NCBI GenBank assembly: GCA_039934415.1
Contig: JBDTME010000001.1
Span: 265,417 to 329,416, forward strand
Source: Patescibacteria group bacterium
GTDB lineage: Bacteria; Patescibacteriota; Microgenomatia; UBA1400; PJMF01
Length of the DNA stretch: 64,000 nt
Direction: 5' to 3'
The notes beneath the pieces were generated by a model, which was given only the letters and a program-made list of their open reading frames with translations, searched no databases and was not told the DNA's origin. A program made the translations under genes and the position numbers. This document shows, piece by piece, positions 38,036 through 49,065 of this stretch. Position 1 is the first letter of the stretch. Each line of letters starts with the position of its first letter.

Positions 38036-39193
38036 TTATTTCTTTTTCCAGACAATCTTACTATATGCAAAAAAGTTCCAAAACATGCCTAGTAAAATTC
38101 CAACGACTGCAAAAAAGAGTCCTGTATCAATCGGCAAACCAATAATAGGAACTGTAAATAAAACAAATAGGCCAAGGAAATTTTGGACTAAGAAGGCTAA
38201 TATTTGTTGAATTAAGATCGATCCCAACGAAGCCAGATTAAACTGAACAAATTTAAACGGGATTCTCGCTGCAGAAATTGCATTATCTGAAAAAGTCCAC
38301 AAATTACTTAGAATGAAGTTTGACAATACGGCCAACTCAACTGAAAAAAAGTAAGAAAGCTGATAGGCAAAAAACATTCGAAATAATTGCAAAGTGCCAA
38401 GCTGAATGACTGCACCGACTCCACCAACAATAACAAATTTAAAAATACGGTGATGCACGATCTCTTTAATTCTCACTCTAATAAGGTAGAGTAATGTATT
38501 CTTAATGTACTCAGCACCCAACTTTGACTCGCCTTCTTCTCTATCAACAAAATGAATTGGCACCTCGGCAACTTTAAAACCTTTCCGCTTGGCTTTGTGC
38601 AAAAATCCTATCTGAAATGTATACCCTGCAAATGAGTCACTCGTCATCTCATCTTTCACAGCATCATAAACTTTTTTCGTAATCGCTCGATACCCAGCAG
38701 ACCAATCTCGAATGGAAAAATCTGTCAAGATAAGTGGTATTAAAATGTTAGCACCCATACTCAACAATTTTCTGTGGAGCCCCCAGTTTTCAGGAATACT
38801 TCCACCTGGAATATATCGGGATCCCAAAACCATGTCATACCCTTGATCAATCTTTTTCAACAACTCCGGAATTTTTTTTGGATCATGAGATAAATCAGCA
38901 TCGAACTCAAAAACAACATCAGCTTTCATTGGGCCAAATGCTTCTGCCATTCCCTTCAAGTATGCCCCACCTAAACCAGATTTTTTGGGATTCGTGAGTA
39001 AATGGACGTACGACATTTTCTTACCCATTTCACTCACTACTTTACCTGTTCCATCAGGAGAAGAGTCATCAACAATCAAGACCGACATCTGCCAATCTTT
39101 TATCTTTTGCACTACCTCATCGACAGCGAAAAGCGTTTTTTCGATCGTCTTCGCTTCATTATATGTTGGAATGATAATAATCGCTTTTTTCAT
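38036..39193 (-). CDS. Polyprenol-phosphate glycosyltransferase (DPM1-like GT2) fused to GtrA
   Basis: IPTYNE, DDSSPDGT, DADLSH, GSRY; C-terminal GtrA TM domain. Confidence 0.88.
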   Translation of the reverse strand: MKKAIIIIPTYNEAKTIEKTLFAVDEVVQKIKDWQMSVLIVDDSSPDGTGKVVSEMGKKMSYVHLLTNPKKSGLGGAYLKGMAEAFGPMKADVVFEFDADLSHDPKKIPELLKKIDQGYDMVLGSRYIPGGSIPENWGLHRKLLSMGANILIPLILTDFSIRDWSAGYRAITKKVYDAVKDEMTSDSFAGYTFQIGFLHKAKRKGFKVAEVPIHFVDREEGESKLGAEYIKNTLLYLIRVRIKEIVHHRIFKFVIVGGVGAVIQLGTLQLFRMFFAYQLSYFFSVELAVLSNFILSNLWTFSDNAISAARIPFKFVQFNLASLGSILIQQILAFLVQNFLGLFVLFTVPIIGLPIDTGLFFAVVGILLGMFWNFFAYSKIVWKKK

Positions 39194-39200
39194 AAGACAG

Positions 39201-40172
39201 TTACTTCGTATTACCTTCCAGCTCTAATTCAGCTTCGACCATTAATCGGACTAATTGTTCAAAATTCGTCTTTGGTTGCCACCCTAGCTTTTCTCTCGCT
39301 TTAGTCGCATCACCTACTAACAAGTCGACTTCGGCTGGACGATCATACTTAGGATTGTGCTGATAAATTGACTCCCAATCGTTGATACCTGCAACTTCGC
39401 AAGCTAATTGCAAAAATTCACGGACTGAGTGCGTCTCACCTGTGGCGACCAAGTAATCATCTGGTGTGTCCGGCTGAAGCATCAACCACATAGCTTCTAC
39501 ATAATCCTTTGCAAAGCCCCAATCACGTTTTGAATCCAAATTACCCAACTCAACGTGTGTTTGCTTGCCCAACTTCACTCTAGCTACCGCATTTGCAATC
39601 TTACGCGTCACAAACTCCAAACCTCGACGAGGTGACTCATGATTGAACAAAATACCCGACACAGCATACATATTAAAAGACTCGCGGTAGTTCACCGTAA
39701 TCCAGTGACCATACACCTTTGCAACACCATATGGCGAACGTGGATAAAAAGGGGTCGATTCTTTTTGTGGAGTTTCCACAACTTTTCCAAACATCTCTGA
39801 ACTCGACGCTTGATAAAACCGTGCAGTTGGATGTGCTAACTTAACTGCCTCAAGCATCCGAACTACTCCTAATGCTGTAAACTCTCCAGTCAGTACTGGC
39901 TGCTCCCAACTCGCCTGCACAAAAGATTGCGCTGCCAAATTGTAAACTTCATCAGGCTTGATGGATTGAATCGCGTTCGTCAACGAATGTTGATCAATTA
40001 AATCACCAGAAACAATTTCAATATCATGAATAATGTGCTCGATGCGAGCAAAATTCTGTGTACTTGTTCTTCTACTCAAACCATAAACTTTATATCCCTT
40101 TTCCAATAACAACTCAGCAAGGTAAGAACCATCTTGACCAGTCACACCAGTAATAAACGCTTTTTTTTGCAT
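39201..40172 (-). CDS. gmd: GDP-mannose 4,6-dehydratase
   Basis: [44 protein letters not shown]. Confidence 0.96.
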   Translation of the reverse strand: MQKKAFITGVTGQDGSYLAELLLEKGYKVYGLSRRTSTQNFARIEHIIHDIEIVSGDLIDQHSLTNAIQSIKPDEVYNLAAQSFVQASWEQPVLTGEFTALGVVRMLEAVKLAHPTARFYQASSSEMFGKVVETPQKESTPFYPRSPYGVAKVYGHWITVNYRESFNMYAVSGILFNHESPRRGLEFVTRKIANAVARVKLGKQTHVELGNLDSKRDWGFAKDYVEAMWLMLQPDTPDDYLVATGETHSVREFLQLACEVAGINDWESIYQHNPKYDRPAEVDLLVGDATKAREKLGWQPKTNFEQLVRLMVEAELELEGNTK

Positions 40173-40199
40173 AAAAATCCAGCTATAAATTTCTAATTA

Positions 40200-41201
40200 T
40201 TAATTATTAACTTTTTCTCTCCACTCATTTAACACTCTTTCCAACGTTTGATCCAACGCAATACTCGGTATCCACCCTATCGCTTTAATTTTTTTTGTGT
40301 TTGCCACCGCCACCGGCACATCAACCGGTCGATACCGTGATTGATCGGTCTCTATCACAATAGGCACCTTTGCCAACGAACACATCTTGGCCAGGATCGC
40401 CTGCATTCTATATCCCTTACCACTCCCTACATTATAAACTTCACCCTTCTGTCCTTTTTCTAACAATAAAATGTAGGCTTTCACTATATCTTTGACGTCG
40501 GTAAAATCTCGAACTGCTTCCAAACTGCCTACTGAAATCTTATCTTGTTCTCCTTTTTCAATCTTGGCAATTTGACTTGCAAAGGAAGGGATCGCAAAAT
40601 CCGTCGTTTGTCGTTCGCCAATATGATTAAATGGCCTGACTCTAACGACATCAAGTTGATATGAAAAAACATACGACAAACCTAATAAGTCTTGAGCCAC
40701 TTTGGAAACAGCATAAGGATTTGTTGGATTGAGTGGGGCTTCTTCATCTATCTCGGGATACTGCAGTTCGTCCAAATGCGCATTCGATGAGAGCTGAATA
40801 TCTTCATACTTCGTCATGCCATACTCCATACCACTTCCCACCACCAAAACCCTGGCTTTAAGGGCATGTACTTTGATGGCTTCCAATAAATTGAGTTGCA
40901 AACCGATATTATTTTGAAAAATAGTAGCAGCTTTACCAAAGCTGGTGCCAGTCGTCGCGATGGATGCTAGGTGAAACACCCATGTTGGTTGAATGTTTTT
41001 GATAAGATCAAAAGTAGCGTCTTGGTTTGTTAAATCCACAGTCACAATCTGCTCAGCTGGTAGCAAAGTGTGAACAAAGGTTTCTGGAGATCCGTAACTC
41101 GTCACAAAGATCTTGGAAAAGCCCCGCGCCAGCAATTCCTCAACTAGATGTGATCCTGCAAATCCTGTCCCGCCAGTAATCAAGATTGTTTGGTCATTCA
41201 T
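40200..41201 (-). CDS. GDP-4-keto-6-deoxymannose reductase-like SDR (Rmd)
   Basis: TGGTGFAG, PYAVSK, RPFNHIG, RDFTDVKD; adjacent to gmd. Confidence 0.75.
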   Translation of the reverse strand: MNDQTILITGGTGFAGSHLVEELLARGFSKIFVTSYGSPETFVHTLLPAEQIVTVDLTNQDATFDLIKNIQPTWVFHLASIATTGTSFGKAATIFQNNIGLQLNLLEAIKVHALKARVLVVGSGMEYGMTKYEDIQLSSNAHLDELQYPEIDEEAPLNPTNPYAVSKVAQDLLGLSYVFSYQLDVVRVRPFNHIGERQTTDFAIPSFASQIAKIEKGEQDKISVGSLEAVRDFTDVKDIVKAYILLLEKGQKGEVYNVGSGKGYRMQAILAKMCSLAKVPIVIETDQSRYRPVDVPVAVANTKKIKAIGWIPSIALDQTLERVLNEWREKVNN

Positions 41202-42481
41202 CGGCCGACTCCCCTGTACTCATAGCCCCAATCTTTAACAGTGTGAACTGCTAACTGGTTTCGCACATCAATCAGCCATTGTTTTTTATTTTCTCTCGTT
41301 TTTGAAAAATCAAATTGAGTGATCTGTGGCCACTCCACTAAAATGAAAATGACATCGGCATCTTTCACAGCCTCCTCAATAGTGGCACGCTGCACATAAC
41401 GCTTATCTTCGATGGGAAGTTGTTCTGCAGCCACCATTGGATCAAAGCCATTGACTGTGGCACCCTTATTCAACAAATGAGGGATCACTTTCATGGACGG
41501 AGCTTCACGAGTATCATCGGTATTTGGCTTAAATGATAACCCGAGTACGGCTACTGTTTTACCATCCCAACCACCAATCATCTGCTCGTATGAATCAAGC
41601 AAGTGATAGACACGATGCTCGTTGAACTCACTAATTTTGTTGAGTAAATTATTAGCTTCACCAACACTGCGTGAGTATGCTGCTAACTCTTTGACATCTT
41701 TTGGGAAACAAGATCCCCCATACCCTAAACCTGGATACCAATAATGGGAACCAATACGATCGTCACCACCAATACCTTTAATGACTTCCATCACGTCGGC
41801 GCCATTTTTTTCACATAAATCGGCAATTTGATTGATGAAAGTGATTCGAGTTGCCAAGAAAGAGTTCGCTGAGTACTTGGTCATTTGAGCGGACTCTGGT
41901 GACATACTAATGATAGGTGCGTGAAATGGGGCATGCAGTTCAGATAAGGTTGAAATGACTCTTTGTTCTTTGGCTCCCAATACGATGCGATCAGGATTGA
42001 ACGTATCTTCAACGGCTGAGCCTTCGCGTAGAAATTCCGGGACAGATGCAATGTAATATTTTTCTTTGGCGAGAGCGTCAATTTTTTGTTTAACTTTTCC
42101 ATTCGTTCCAGGAGGAACGGTACTTTTGATCACTACAATAGCATGCTCTTTCAGATGAGGAGCTAAACTTTCAGCTGCAGCAAATACAAATTTCAAATCG
42201 GCTTGACCATCAGGGGCCGAAGGAGTTCCAACACTAATGAACACAACATCAGAATCTGAGATGGCGTCACTGTATGAAGTCGTAAAACGAAGACGTTTTG
42301 TTTTGAGTTGCTCTTTGACTAAGTCATCAAGTTTTGGTTCAAAAAAAGGGACTTTACCTTTTTGTAACTTACTGATTTTTTTTTCATCGACGTCTAATCC
42401 ATAGACGGTGTGACCAAAAGAAGCAAATACACCGGCGGTTACTACTCCAACAAAACCGGTACCAATTACTGTGAGTGTCAT
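41198..42481 (-). CDS. ugd: UDP-glucose 6-dehydrogenase
   Basis: IGTGFVG, KSTVPPG, PEFLREG, GYGGSCFPKD, FKPNTDD. Confidence 0.92.
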   Translation of the reverse strand: MTLTVIGTGFVGVVTAGVFASFGHTVYGLDVDEKKISKLQKGKVPFFEPKLDDLVKEQLKTKRLRFTTSYSDAISDSDVVFISVGTPSAPDGQADLKFVFAAAESLAPHLKEHAIVVIKSTVPPGTNGKVKQKIDALAKEKYYIASVPEFLREGSAVEDTFNPDRIVLGAKEQRVISTLSELHAPFHAPIISMSPESAQMTKYSANSFLATRITFINQIADLCEKNGADVMEVIKGIGGDDRIGSHYWYPGLGYGGSCFPKDVKELAAYSRSVGEANNLLNKISEFNEHRVYHLLDSYEQMIGGWDGKTVAVLGLSFKPNTDDTREAPSMKVIPHLLNKGATVNGFDPMVAAEQLPIEDKRYVQRATIEEAVKDADVIFILVEWPQITQFDFSKTRENKKQWLIDVRNQLAVHTVKDWGYEYRGVGR

Positions 42482-42528
42482 AGTGGTTTATGGGCGTAAA
42501 TAAATACAACTTGAGTTATAATCTTACC

Positions 42529-43179
42529 ATGAAATTCACCATCCTGACACTCTTTCCTGAGTTTTTTAGCACTCCATTCAGCGAGTCCATCTTGAAACGC
42601 GCCCAGGCTAAAACAGATGAAAAAGAGCCTTCGATTGAGATTTCAACACTTAATATTAGGGATTTTGCCACAGATAAGCACAAAATGACAGATGATCATC
42701 CATATGGGGGTGGACCAGGCATGGTCATGAAAGTCGAACCAATTGATTTAGCCCTGCAGAATGTAAAAAAAAGCAGCAAGAAAACATTAACGATTCTCAC
42801 CTCAGCCAAGGGTCAAATGTTTACCCAACAAAAAGCAGTTGAGTACTCGAAATATGACGAACTGATTATTATTTGTGGACATTATGAAGGAGTGGACGAA
42901 CGCGTTGCTGAACATTTAATCGATGAAGAAATTCGGATTGGTGATTACGTAATGACCGGTGGTGAACCTGCTGCGATCGTAATCGTTGATGCCGTAACTC
43001 GATTGCTGCCTAATGTGTTAGGGAATGAGTTAAGTACCGTTCAAGAATCCCATTCTGAGCCAGGATATTTAGAACATCCTCAGTACACCCGCCCCGAAGA
43101 GTACAAAGGGTGGAAAGTACCCGAAATTTTACTCAGTGGCCATCACGCAAAAATTGAAGAGTGGAAGAAAGAAAAATAA
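42529..43179 (+). CDS. trmD: tRNA (guanine-N1)-methyltransferase
   Basis: [45 protein letters not shown]. Confidence 0.96.
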   Translation: MKFTILTLFPEFFSTPFSESILKRAQAKTDEKEPSIEISTLNIRDFATDKHKMTDDHPYGGGPGMVMKVEPIDLALQNVKKSSKKTLTILTSAKGQMFTQQKAVEYSKYDELIIICGHYEGVDERVAEHLIDEEIRIGDYVMTGGEPAAIVIVDAVTRLLPNVLGNELSTVQESHSEPGYLEHPQYTRPEEYKGWKVPEILLSGHHAKIEEWKKEK

Positions 43180-43195
43180 AACTACAGTTGTACAC

Positions 43196-44023
43196 TCAAC
43201 TTTTCATTTTCTCTTTTAGTTTTGTCGTATCGAGAGCGGTGTTTTTCTGATACGGGCGATTGGTCCTTTTTAAGTACTCGTTTAAATCACCTGGTTTAAT
43301 CTCACCTTTTAGTCCGAATTGTTTTTGGATATCCATGGCAAATTGGTAATCTGTGGTGACTGGATCTGTAGTGGCGTGAAAGATTCCTTCTAAGGGGTTC
43401 TGGATTGCAAACTTCAAGGTGTCTGCAAATTGTTCAATCTTAGTCGCAGTAAAGGTGTGATTTATAAACATTGGAGGTAAAGTGCCTTCTTCTAAACCTT
43501 TTTTTATCCGGTGTAAGATATCGAGTTTGGGAAATTCATCCTGTCGATATGGTTGATCAATTCGGAAAATGGCTGCTGAGATCCCAGCACTTAAAACTGC
43601 TTCTTCGGCCCAAGCTTTCGTTCGTCCATACCACTCAATCGGATTCATCGAATCTTCTTCGGTATACAAACCTTCTTTCTTGCCATCAAAGACATAGGCA
43701 GTAGAAATATGAATCAATCGTTTGCCGGATTCTTTGACTGCCTGAACAATATGCTCAGTTCCCCCGACATTTACTTTGTAGACTATACCGTCTTTGTCAT
43801 CTTTTTCTTCATACGCCTTTGAAACATCCGTGAATGCTGCAAAATGGACAACAACTTCAGCGGGATGATCAACCACTGCGGCTTTAACACTATCAAGATT
43901 CGTAATGTCTACACCTGTAGCTAAATCTAAGTTGGTGAACTCAAATAACTCAGAATTCATTTCCACAAACTTTGAACCTACTAATCCGGATAATCCAGTA
44001 CCGAGTACAGAAGTTTTAGACAT
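43196..44023 (-). CDS. rfbD: dTDP-4-dehydrorhamnose reductase-like SDR
   Basis: GLSGLVG, HFAAFTDV, ISTAYVFDG, YGRTK. Confidence 0.8.
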   Translation of the reverse strand: MSKTSVLGTGLSGLVGSKFVEMNSELFEFTNLDLATGVDITNLDSVKAAVVDHPAEVVVHFAAFTDVSKAYEEKDDKDGIVYKVNVGGTEHIVQAVKESGKRLIHISTAYVFDGKKEGLYTEEDSMNPIEWYGRTKAWAEEAVLSAGISAAIFRIDQPYRQDEFPKLDILHRIKKGLEEGTLPPMFINHTFTATKIEQFADTLKFAIQNPLEGIFHATTDPVTTDYQFAMDIQKQFGLKGEIKPGDLNEYLKRTNRPYQKNTALDTTKLKEKMKS

Positions 44024-44086
44024 AATAATTTCTCTTTCGATTAATGAGTGGAACAAGATTGAAACATGATTTACTGTTTACGTCTA

Positions 44087-44344
44087 TCACCAAGTCAGAA
44101 AAAATAGCATGCCACCAGCGAGAAGTGCAGTAAAAAAATATTCAATCACGATTCGTTTATTAATATGTTGCGCTTTAACGTGTGCGAATACACCCCAGCA
44201 AAAGTACGTGAATGACATGGAAAAAGAAGCGATTCGCAATCCATTCTTATCTGGCCACATCATTAGAAAAAATCCGACATGAAGCAGCAACAATAAAATG
44301 AGAAAAGTATAGGCAACTTTGTGTCTATTGAGTTCATCGAACAT
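44087..44344 (-). CDS. Small membrane protein
   Basis: 85 aa, about three TM helices. Confidence 0.65.
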   Translation of the reverse strand: MFDELNRHKVAYTFLILLLLLHVGFFLMMWPDKNGLRIASFSMSFTYFCWGVFAHVKAQHINKRIVIEYFFTALLAGGMLFFLTW

Positions 44345-44358
44345 GGCAGGCTCCGACT

Positions 44359-45318
44359 CTACTGAATATTTCCGCTCTTAAAGAACAAAATTAAAAAACT
44401 AACTGTTAAAAATAAAGCAATGTGAGCAAAGTTCTTGCCAACAAAACGGACAGTCTTTCGATCATTGATGATAATGAAGTCGTAGAAAAGCACACTGACG
44501 ACTAAGATAATTACTGCTAAAAATATGGCTTTTAAGACATACAACGGCGATAGGAGTCTAGATTCACTAGGTAAGTTTAGTCTTTGCAAAGAAAGTGCGA
44601 GCACAGAACTCCCATTTGACCCAGCAAGAGGAACCGGTGCAGCATCAACAGCGCCTGATATCTGAGGGACAGGGACTTGCTCAATCTCTATGTGCTGGCC
44701 ATTTTTATCAATTTTTGAATCCGCAATACCATTGAGTTGTGTACCGAACATTTGAACAACAAGTGTTGTCTGAGTACCGTTTAATGTTCCATTCACTACT
44801 GCAATCCCAATATCGTGATACTTCGGGTTAATAATATTCTCTTTGTGTGTCGGGGAGTTCATCCACGCTTTCATCATGTCATCAGACTGCATAAAATCGC
44901 GCGCTAAATTCTCACCTGCCACATAGTAGGTGTATTTCACTTCTTTGAGAAATTCCCAAGGACTTTTGCCACTTGGTGAGTAGTGCGCCCAATATTGATG
45001 CGCAAACATATCATTGGCTTTGGCTTCTGCAGCTTGAGAAAGTAATTCATTCGGAACTAAATCTGGTAATCCTAGTTTTTCGCGTTCTTTGTTCGTTCCA
45101 TCTATGACTTTTAATTGGGTAATGGTCGAAGAGTAGCCAAGCACACCTCCGCTATCTCTCATTGTGTTCAAGCGAGGTATGACTTGCTCAATGCCTAAGG
45201 ATGCGATTGTAATGATCAAAAACAGGACAAAGAAACCCTCAGGATGGATAATCCTAGGTCGATGATTGTTCGAGCTGCGAGGATGAAATAGGTGGACAAA
45301 GCTTTCCACGAGTGACAT
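44359..45318 (-). CDS. CAP (SCP) domain membrane protein
   Basis: TNKER, KANDM, WAH, AGENLA, WMNSPTHKENI, IGIAV. Confidence 0.9.
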   Translation of the reverse strand: MSLVESFVHLFHPRSSNNHRPRIIHPEGFFVLFLIITIASLGIEQVIPRLNTMRDSGGVLGYSSTITQLKVIDGTNKEREKLGLPDLVPNELLSQAAEAKANDMFAHQYWAHYSPSGKSPWEFLKEVKYTYYVAGENLARDFMQSDDMMKAWMNSPTHKENIINPKYHDIGIAVVNGTLNGTQTTLVVQMFGTQLNGIADSKIDKNGQHIEIEQVPVPQISGAVDAAPVPLAGSNGSSVLALSLQRLNLPSESRLLSPLYVLKAIFLAVIILVVSVLFYDFIIINDRKTVRFVGKNFAHIALFLTVSFLILFFKSGNIQ

Positions 45319-45358
45319 ACAACTGATTATGGAGATTTTTTGTCAATCAGACAAGGGC

Positions 45359-46672
45359 TCACTCTTCTCTTTCTATTAAAGAGTAGTTAATAAATTGAGT
45401 TAGCAGTGACGCCAAGATCGCCACTATGAAGTACCATTTACATAACAGTGACAAGAAAGTGGGTTGATCGCAGTCACAATTTCTTAGGATGTAGAACAGA
45501 ATGGTAGAAATGACGACGACGCCAATCACGATCCCTTGCTTTACTTTATTCTCTGGGTCTCGTTTCATCACATAGATAAGGATTGATAACGCAATTTGAA
45601 TTACTAAGAAGATGAGTGGTAAAAATGGTTTCCAAGGAACACAGGCAGTTACACCTAACACTTCTGGATTCGAACCGTCACCATTTGAATCATTGAGCGT
45701 AGCTTCTGCAGTTGAGTCGGTCGTAGCACCCAACACCTGCTGTGCTGTGAAGCCAGTTGGAGCACCTACTGATGAACCTGGAGGAAGCAACGTCCCACCC
45801 GTTGAGTTTTCATTTGATCTCGGGCCAGGTGCACAACCGTTAATGCCTAAGACTTGAAAGAAGTATCTATTACCAGGACTTAATCCACTCACGACATACG
45901 TTGTGACGTTACCGACATTACTGTTACCGTACAAATACACACCTGATTGAATTCCAAAATTGACGGCATAGTGATCGGCACCTGCAACTGCTGTCCAGTT
46001 CAGAGTGACTTGACCACCTGCACCGGAAACGGCTGAAAGTAATACAGGAGCTGAAGAAGGAGCGGTATCGCTACACACTGGAGCTTTTGCTCCATTCGTG
46101 TCGCCACCACCAGAAGCAGCACTTAAACCAAGTACTTGAGCGTTGTTGACCGGAGGTACAGGAGAAAATACAAATCCAACGTCCAGATTAAACGTTGTGT
46201 GCGCACCCATGTACTCGTTGCCTGCCTGAGGGTCAAAGGTGGCTTTCAGGAAATAGAGTTCAGTTTGGGTTGGACCAATGAGTCCTAAATCAATTTGGCC
46301 TACATTATAAAAATCTTGCAACGTAGTACTACTTCCACCGTATACTACTGGACCACTTGGTGTTCCTTGATGAATTTCAAGATAAATTTTCCCGGCCAAA
46401 GCAACTAGTTGAGCATCAGTTGATATAACTTCAGTTGCTAACATTCCTAATTGGCCATTCTGATCGGTGGTATTTGTTGCAGTAATTTTTTGTGTTACTG
46501 AATATCCTGGCCAGATATTTGATTCATCGAATAGCGGGATGACATTTGGTGTAGCTGTACAAGTGCTGAGTGTACAAGAAACGGTAACATCGGTGCCTGC
46601 AGAAACTGGCTGCACTTTCCAAAACGATCCGAGCGCTACAAAAACGAACAGTGAGAAAATGAATCTTTTCAT
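45359..46672 (-). CDS. Surface protein: TasA-like domain + fibronectin type III + C-terminal TM anchor
   Basis: Signal peptide; NIWPGYSVTQKI..N and AGNEYMG; VTLNW..YVVSGLSPGNRYFFQV; three C-terminal TM helices. Confidence 0.72.
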   Translation of the reverse strand: MKRFIFSLFVFVALGSFWKVQPVSAGTDVTVSCTLSTCTATPNVIPLFDESNIWPGYSVTQKITATNTTDQNGQLGMLATEVISTDAQLVALAGKIYLEIHQGTPSGPVVYGGSSTTLQDFYNVGQIDLGLIGPTQTELYFLKATFDPQAGNEYMGAHTTFNLDVGFVFSPVPPVNNAQVLGLSAASGGGDTNGAKAPVCSDTAPSSAPVLLSAVSGAGGQVTLNWTAVAGADHYAVNFGIQSGVYLYGNSNVGNVTTYVVSGLSPGNRYFFQVLGINGCAPGPRSNENSTGGTLLPPGSSVGAPTGFTAQQVLGATTDSTAEATLNDSNGDGSNPEVLGVTACVPWKPFLPLIFLVIQIALSILIYVMKRDPENKVKQGIVIGVVVISTILFYILRNCDCDQPTFLSLLCKWYFIVAILASLLTQFINYSLIEREE

Positions 46673-48426
46673 TCTAATCTCCATTTTCCGTTCATCTGTG
46701 CATCAATGGTTTTGTCAGGTAAATTATTTGAGTGTAGTGTCATGTGAACTTTCAGGTTCTTGATACCAGTATGGGGATTTTCAGCACCTGAAGACATACT
46801 GCCTAAGAAAATGTCATTATAGAATTGAATGTTTTCCCCAATAGAAATCTGCTTTGTGAGTGCTTCACTCACCTCTTCACCATCTTGTTTGCGAGTGTAC
46901 TCGATTACCATATCAGCGGTTTGATAATTGGCACCTTCGAGGAGAGCGACTACTGCGTGGTGTCCATCTTGTTCATTGATGATGGCAAATGGTTCTAGTT
47001 GTGACTCGTCTAAAACGTTTGGTCGACCTGGACTTGGGATAGGATCTACCCAGTTATCTGCGCCGTCTGGACTCCGAGTAAGGGATTTATTTTCGCGAGT
47101 GTCTCCATACGTATGCGAGTCTTGCAACTGTCCTGAGCCACTCACTAGACCGTTGTATAAACTCACTGTATCACCTGAATCTGCTAAGTCGAAGTTGGCA
47201 TCACCGGCTCTATAGACAACGAGTCGTCCGTGAGAAGGAATGATTGTAGTACCTACGCCAACTGCAACATCAGGAAATGTATTGGCAGAGGAGATAACGA
47301 GTGGGAATTGGTTCGCAGCATCTGCATAAATTACCCAGTTGTTAATGTTCACGTCGGAGTCTGATCTATTATAAAGTTCTACCCACTCTCCGAAAGGTAG
47401 CGCTGCGTTATCAATACCTTGTGGGTTTGGTAGAATTTCATTGAGTACGATTTGTGCTGGTGCAGCAGGATTCAAGTCAAGTGTGATGTTACAGTAATTG
47501 CTGAAATCTGAAGTTCTCTCCCCTGAATCAATGACTCCGTTACTGTTATCGTCTTCAAAGGCTTTGACACGAGTCTTCCATAATCCTTCAATGCCTGGAG
47601 GGGCACCGAAACTTGAAAAAGGCGTGTATGTGTTTGTTTCGTAGAAGAATCCGATGGTCGAACCATTTGGGTATGTTACTTCGCGTTGATATTTAATATT
47701 TGTACCACTGACTGCAGACCAGTTATGGGAAACTGTTGGACTAGCAGGATTTCCGCCATCAGTCGTCGCACCACAAGCGAGATCGAGCGGGTTCTCATTA
47801 GGCGTTACTGATTGAGTTGGTATATTCCATCCCAAGTTATTGGGAGCTTGTAATGTTGATGAATCAACGGTGTAGTGACGAGAAGGAGTAGTAACAGGAG
47901 TAATATTCAAATGTGCAGAATCTCTTGCAGTGACCTCCCAGTAGTATTCACCATCACCGGTAGCACTTGTAACAAATTGTGGAACATTTAACCAACCAGA
48001 GGTTTCCACAACATTCGTAAAACCAGCGTCTGTAGCTACTCGAAACTGATATTGAAGCTGCCCAGTTGGACAAGTGGTATCACTAGCATCCCAAGTCATT
48101 AATGGATTACTCAGCCAAGCATTCCCCTGATGAATCACTGCATTGTCAGGTAAGCTCACCAACAACGGTGAACTCGGCTGCACCCAGCATCCTGTTGTAA
48201 ACTCTGAGCCACCGACGGTTGCTTCAGAATAAAAAGTTGCATTCGTCCAACCCGCTGGCAACAACGCAATCACCATCATCAAAAACAAAAATAACCCCTT
48301 GTTACTTTTTTGAATGACTGTCAAAAGAGGAAAGTTTTTCTTCACAGAAGGCACAAAATCAAACTCAGTCTGTCTGTAGGCAGATTGGAACAATTTCTGT
48401 GGCTGATTTAAGCTAATAATTCTCAT
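46669..48426 (-). CDS. Secreted lamin-tail-domain protein with SipW-class signal peptide
   Basis: TNATFYSEATVGGSEFTTG; IVLNEILPNP..EWVELYN..PSPG lamin tail domain. Confidence 0.75.
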   Translation of the reverse strand: MRIISLNQPQKLFQSAYRQTEFDFVPSVKKNFPLLTVIQKSNKGLFLFLMMVIALLPAGWTNATFYSEATVGGSEFTTGCWVQPSSPLLVSLPDNAVIHQGNAWLSNPLMTWDASDTTCPTGQLQYQFRVATDAGFTNVVETSGWLNVPQFVTSATGDGEYYWEVTARDSAHLNITPVTTPSRHYTVDSSTLQAPNNLGWNIPTQSVTPNENPLDLACGATTDGGNPASPTVSHNWSAVSGTNIKYQREVTYPNGSTIGFFYETNTYTPFSSFGAPPGIEGLWKTRVKAFEDDNSNGVIDSGERTSDFSNYCNITLDLNPAAPAQIVLNEILPNPQGIDNAALPFGEWVELYNRSDSDVNINNWVIYADAANQFPLVISSANTFPDVAVGVGTTIIPSHGRLVVYRAGDANFDLADSGDTVSLYNGLVSGSGQLQDSHTYGDTRENKSLTRSPDGADNWVDPIPSPGRPNVLDESQLEPFAIINEQDGHHAVVALLEGANYQTADMVIEYTRKQDGEEVSEALTKQISIGENIQFYNDIFLGSMSSGAENPHTGIKNLKVHMTLHSNNLPDKTIDAQMNGKWRLE

Positions 48427-48986
48427 GATGTAATAGTATCAGGCTCAACAGCCTCTTTCTTATGCTTTCTATTCGCTAACATCAACTTCACATGCTTTTT
48501 AATATTTTGAAATTCATCGTAAATAATAATTGTACCAGGGACAATAACCAAAATCACCACACCAGGTGGAGTCTTCGCAAAATCAATGACATAGCCAATG
48601 TATGGTATGCCAAATACGTACTTACCAACAATCGAGCCATAATCTGACTTGTCTTTATCATCAATCTGATTAAAATCACCCTTCGTCGTGATAAGTTTCT
48701 TTCCTTCAACCTCTTCAACTTCCAAGATGCGATGAGTAATCAGCGTTTCCGGCTTGGATGGAAACCCAAACGTCACTACATCGCCCTTACTATAGTTAGA
48801 ATCCTGCTTATCAAAAATTAACGAACCAGTCTTAATCTTCGGCTCCATCGAACCCGATTTCACAATCAACATCCTCCAACCAAACACCTCTTCTTTCCCT
48901 GATACATACACCAAAACACCCACCACCAAAACGAGGAATAAAAAGAAAGTTGTAAAAAAAGCCTTTATAAAAGCCAATGCTTTCAT
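48423..48986 (-). CDS. sipW: Signal peptidase I, SipW/S26B type
   Basis: VKSGSMEP, GDVVTF, ITHRI, TKGDFN, IPYIGY (Ser-His type). Confidence 0.88.
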   Translation of the reverse strand: MKALAFIKAFFTTFFLFLVLVVGVLVYVSGKEEVFGWRMLIVKSGSMEPKIKTGSLIFDKQDSNYSKGDVVTFGFPSKPETLITHRILEVEEVEGKKLITTKGDFNQIDDKDKSDYGSIVGKYVFGIPYIGYVIDFAKTPPGVVILVIVPGTIIIYDEFQNIKKHVKLMLANRKHKKEAVEPDTITS

Positions 48987-49065
48987 TTTTTTCTTTCTGG
49001 ACAAGCTAAAAACTTGATAAATTGCGTGAATCATCGCGACTCACGCAATCAACAAATCTTAAAGA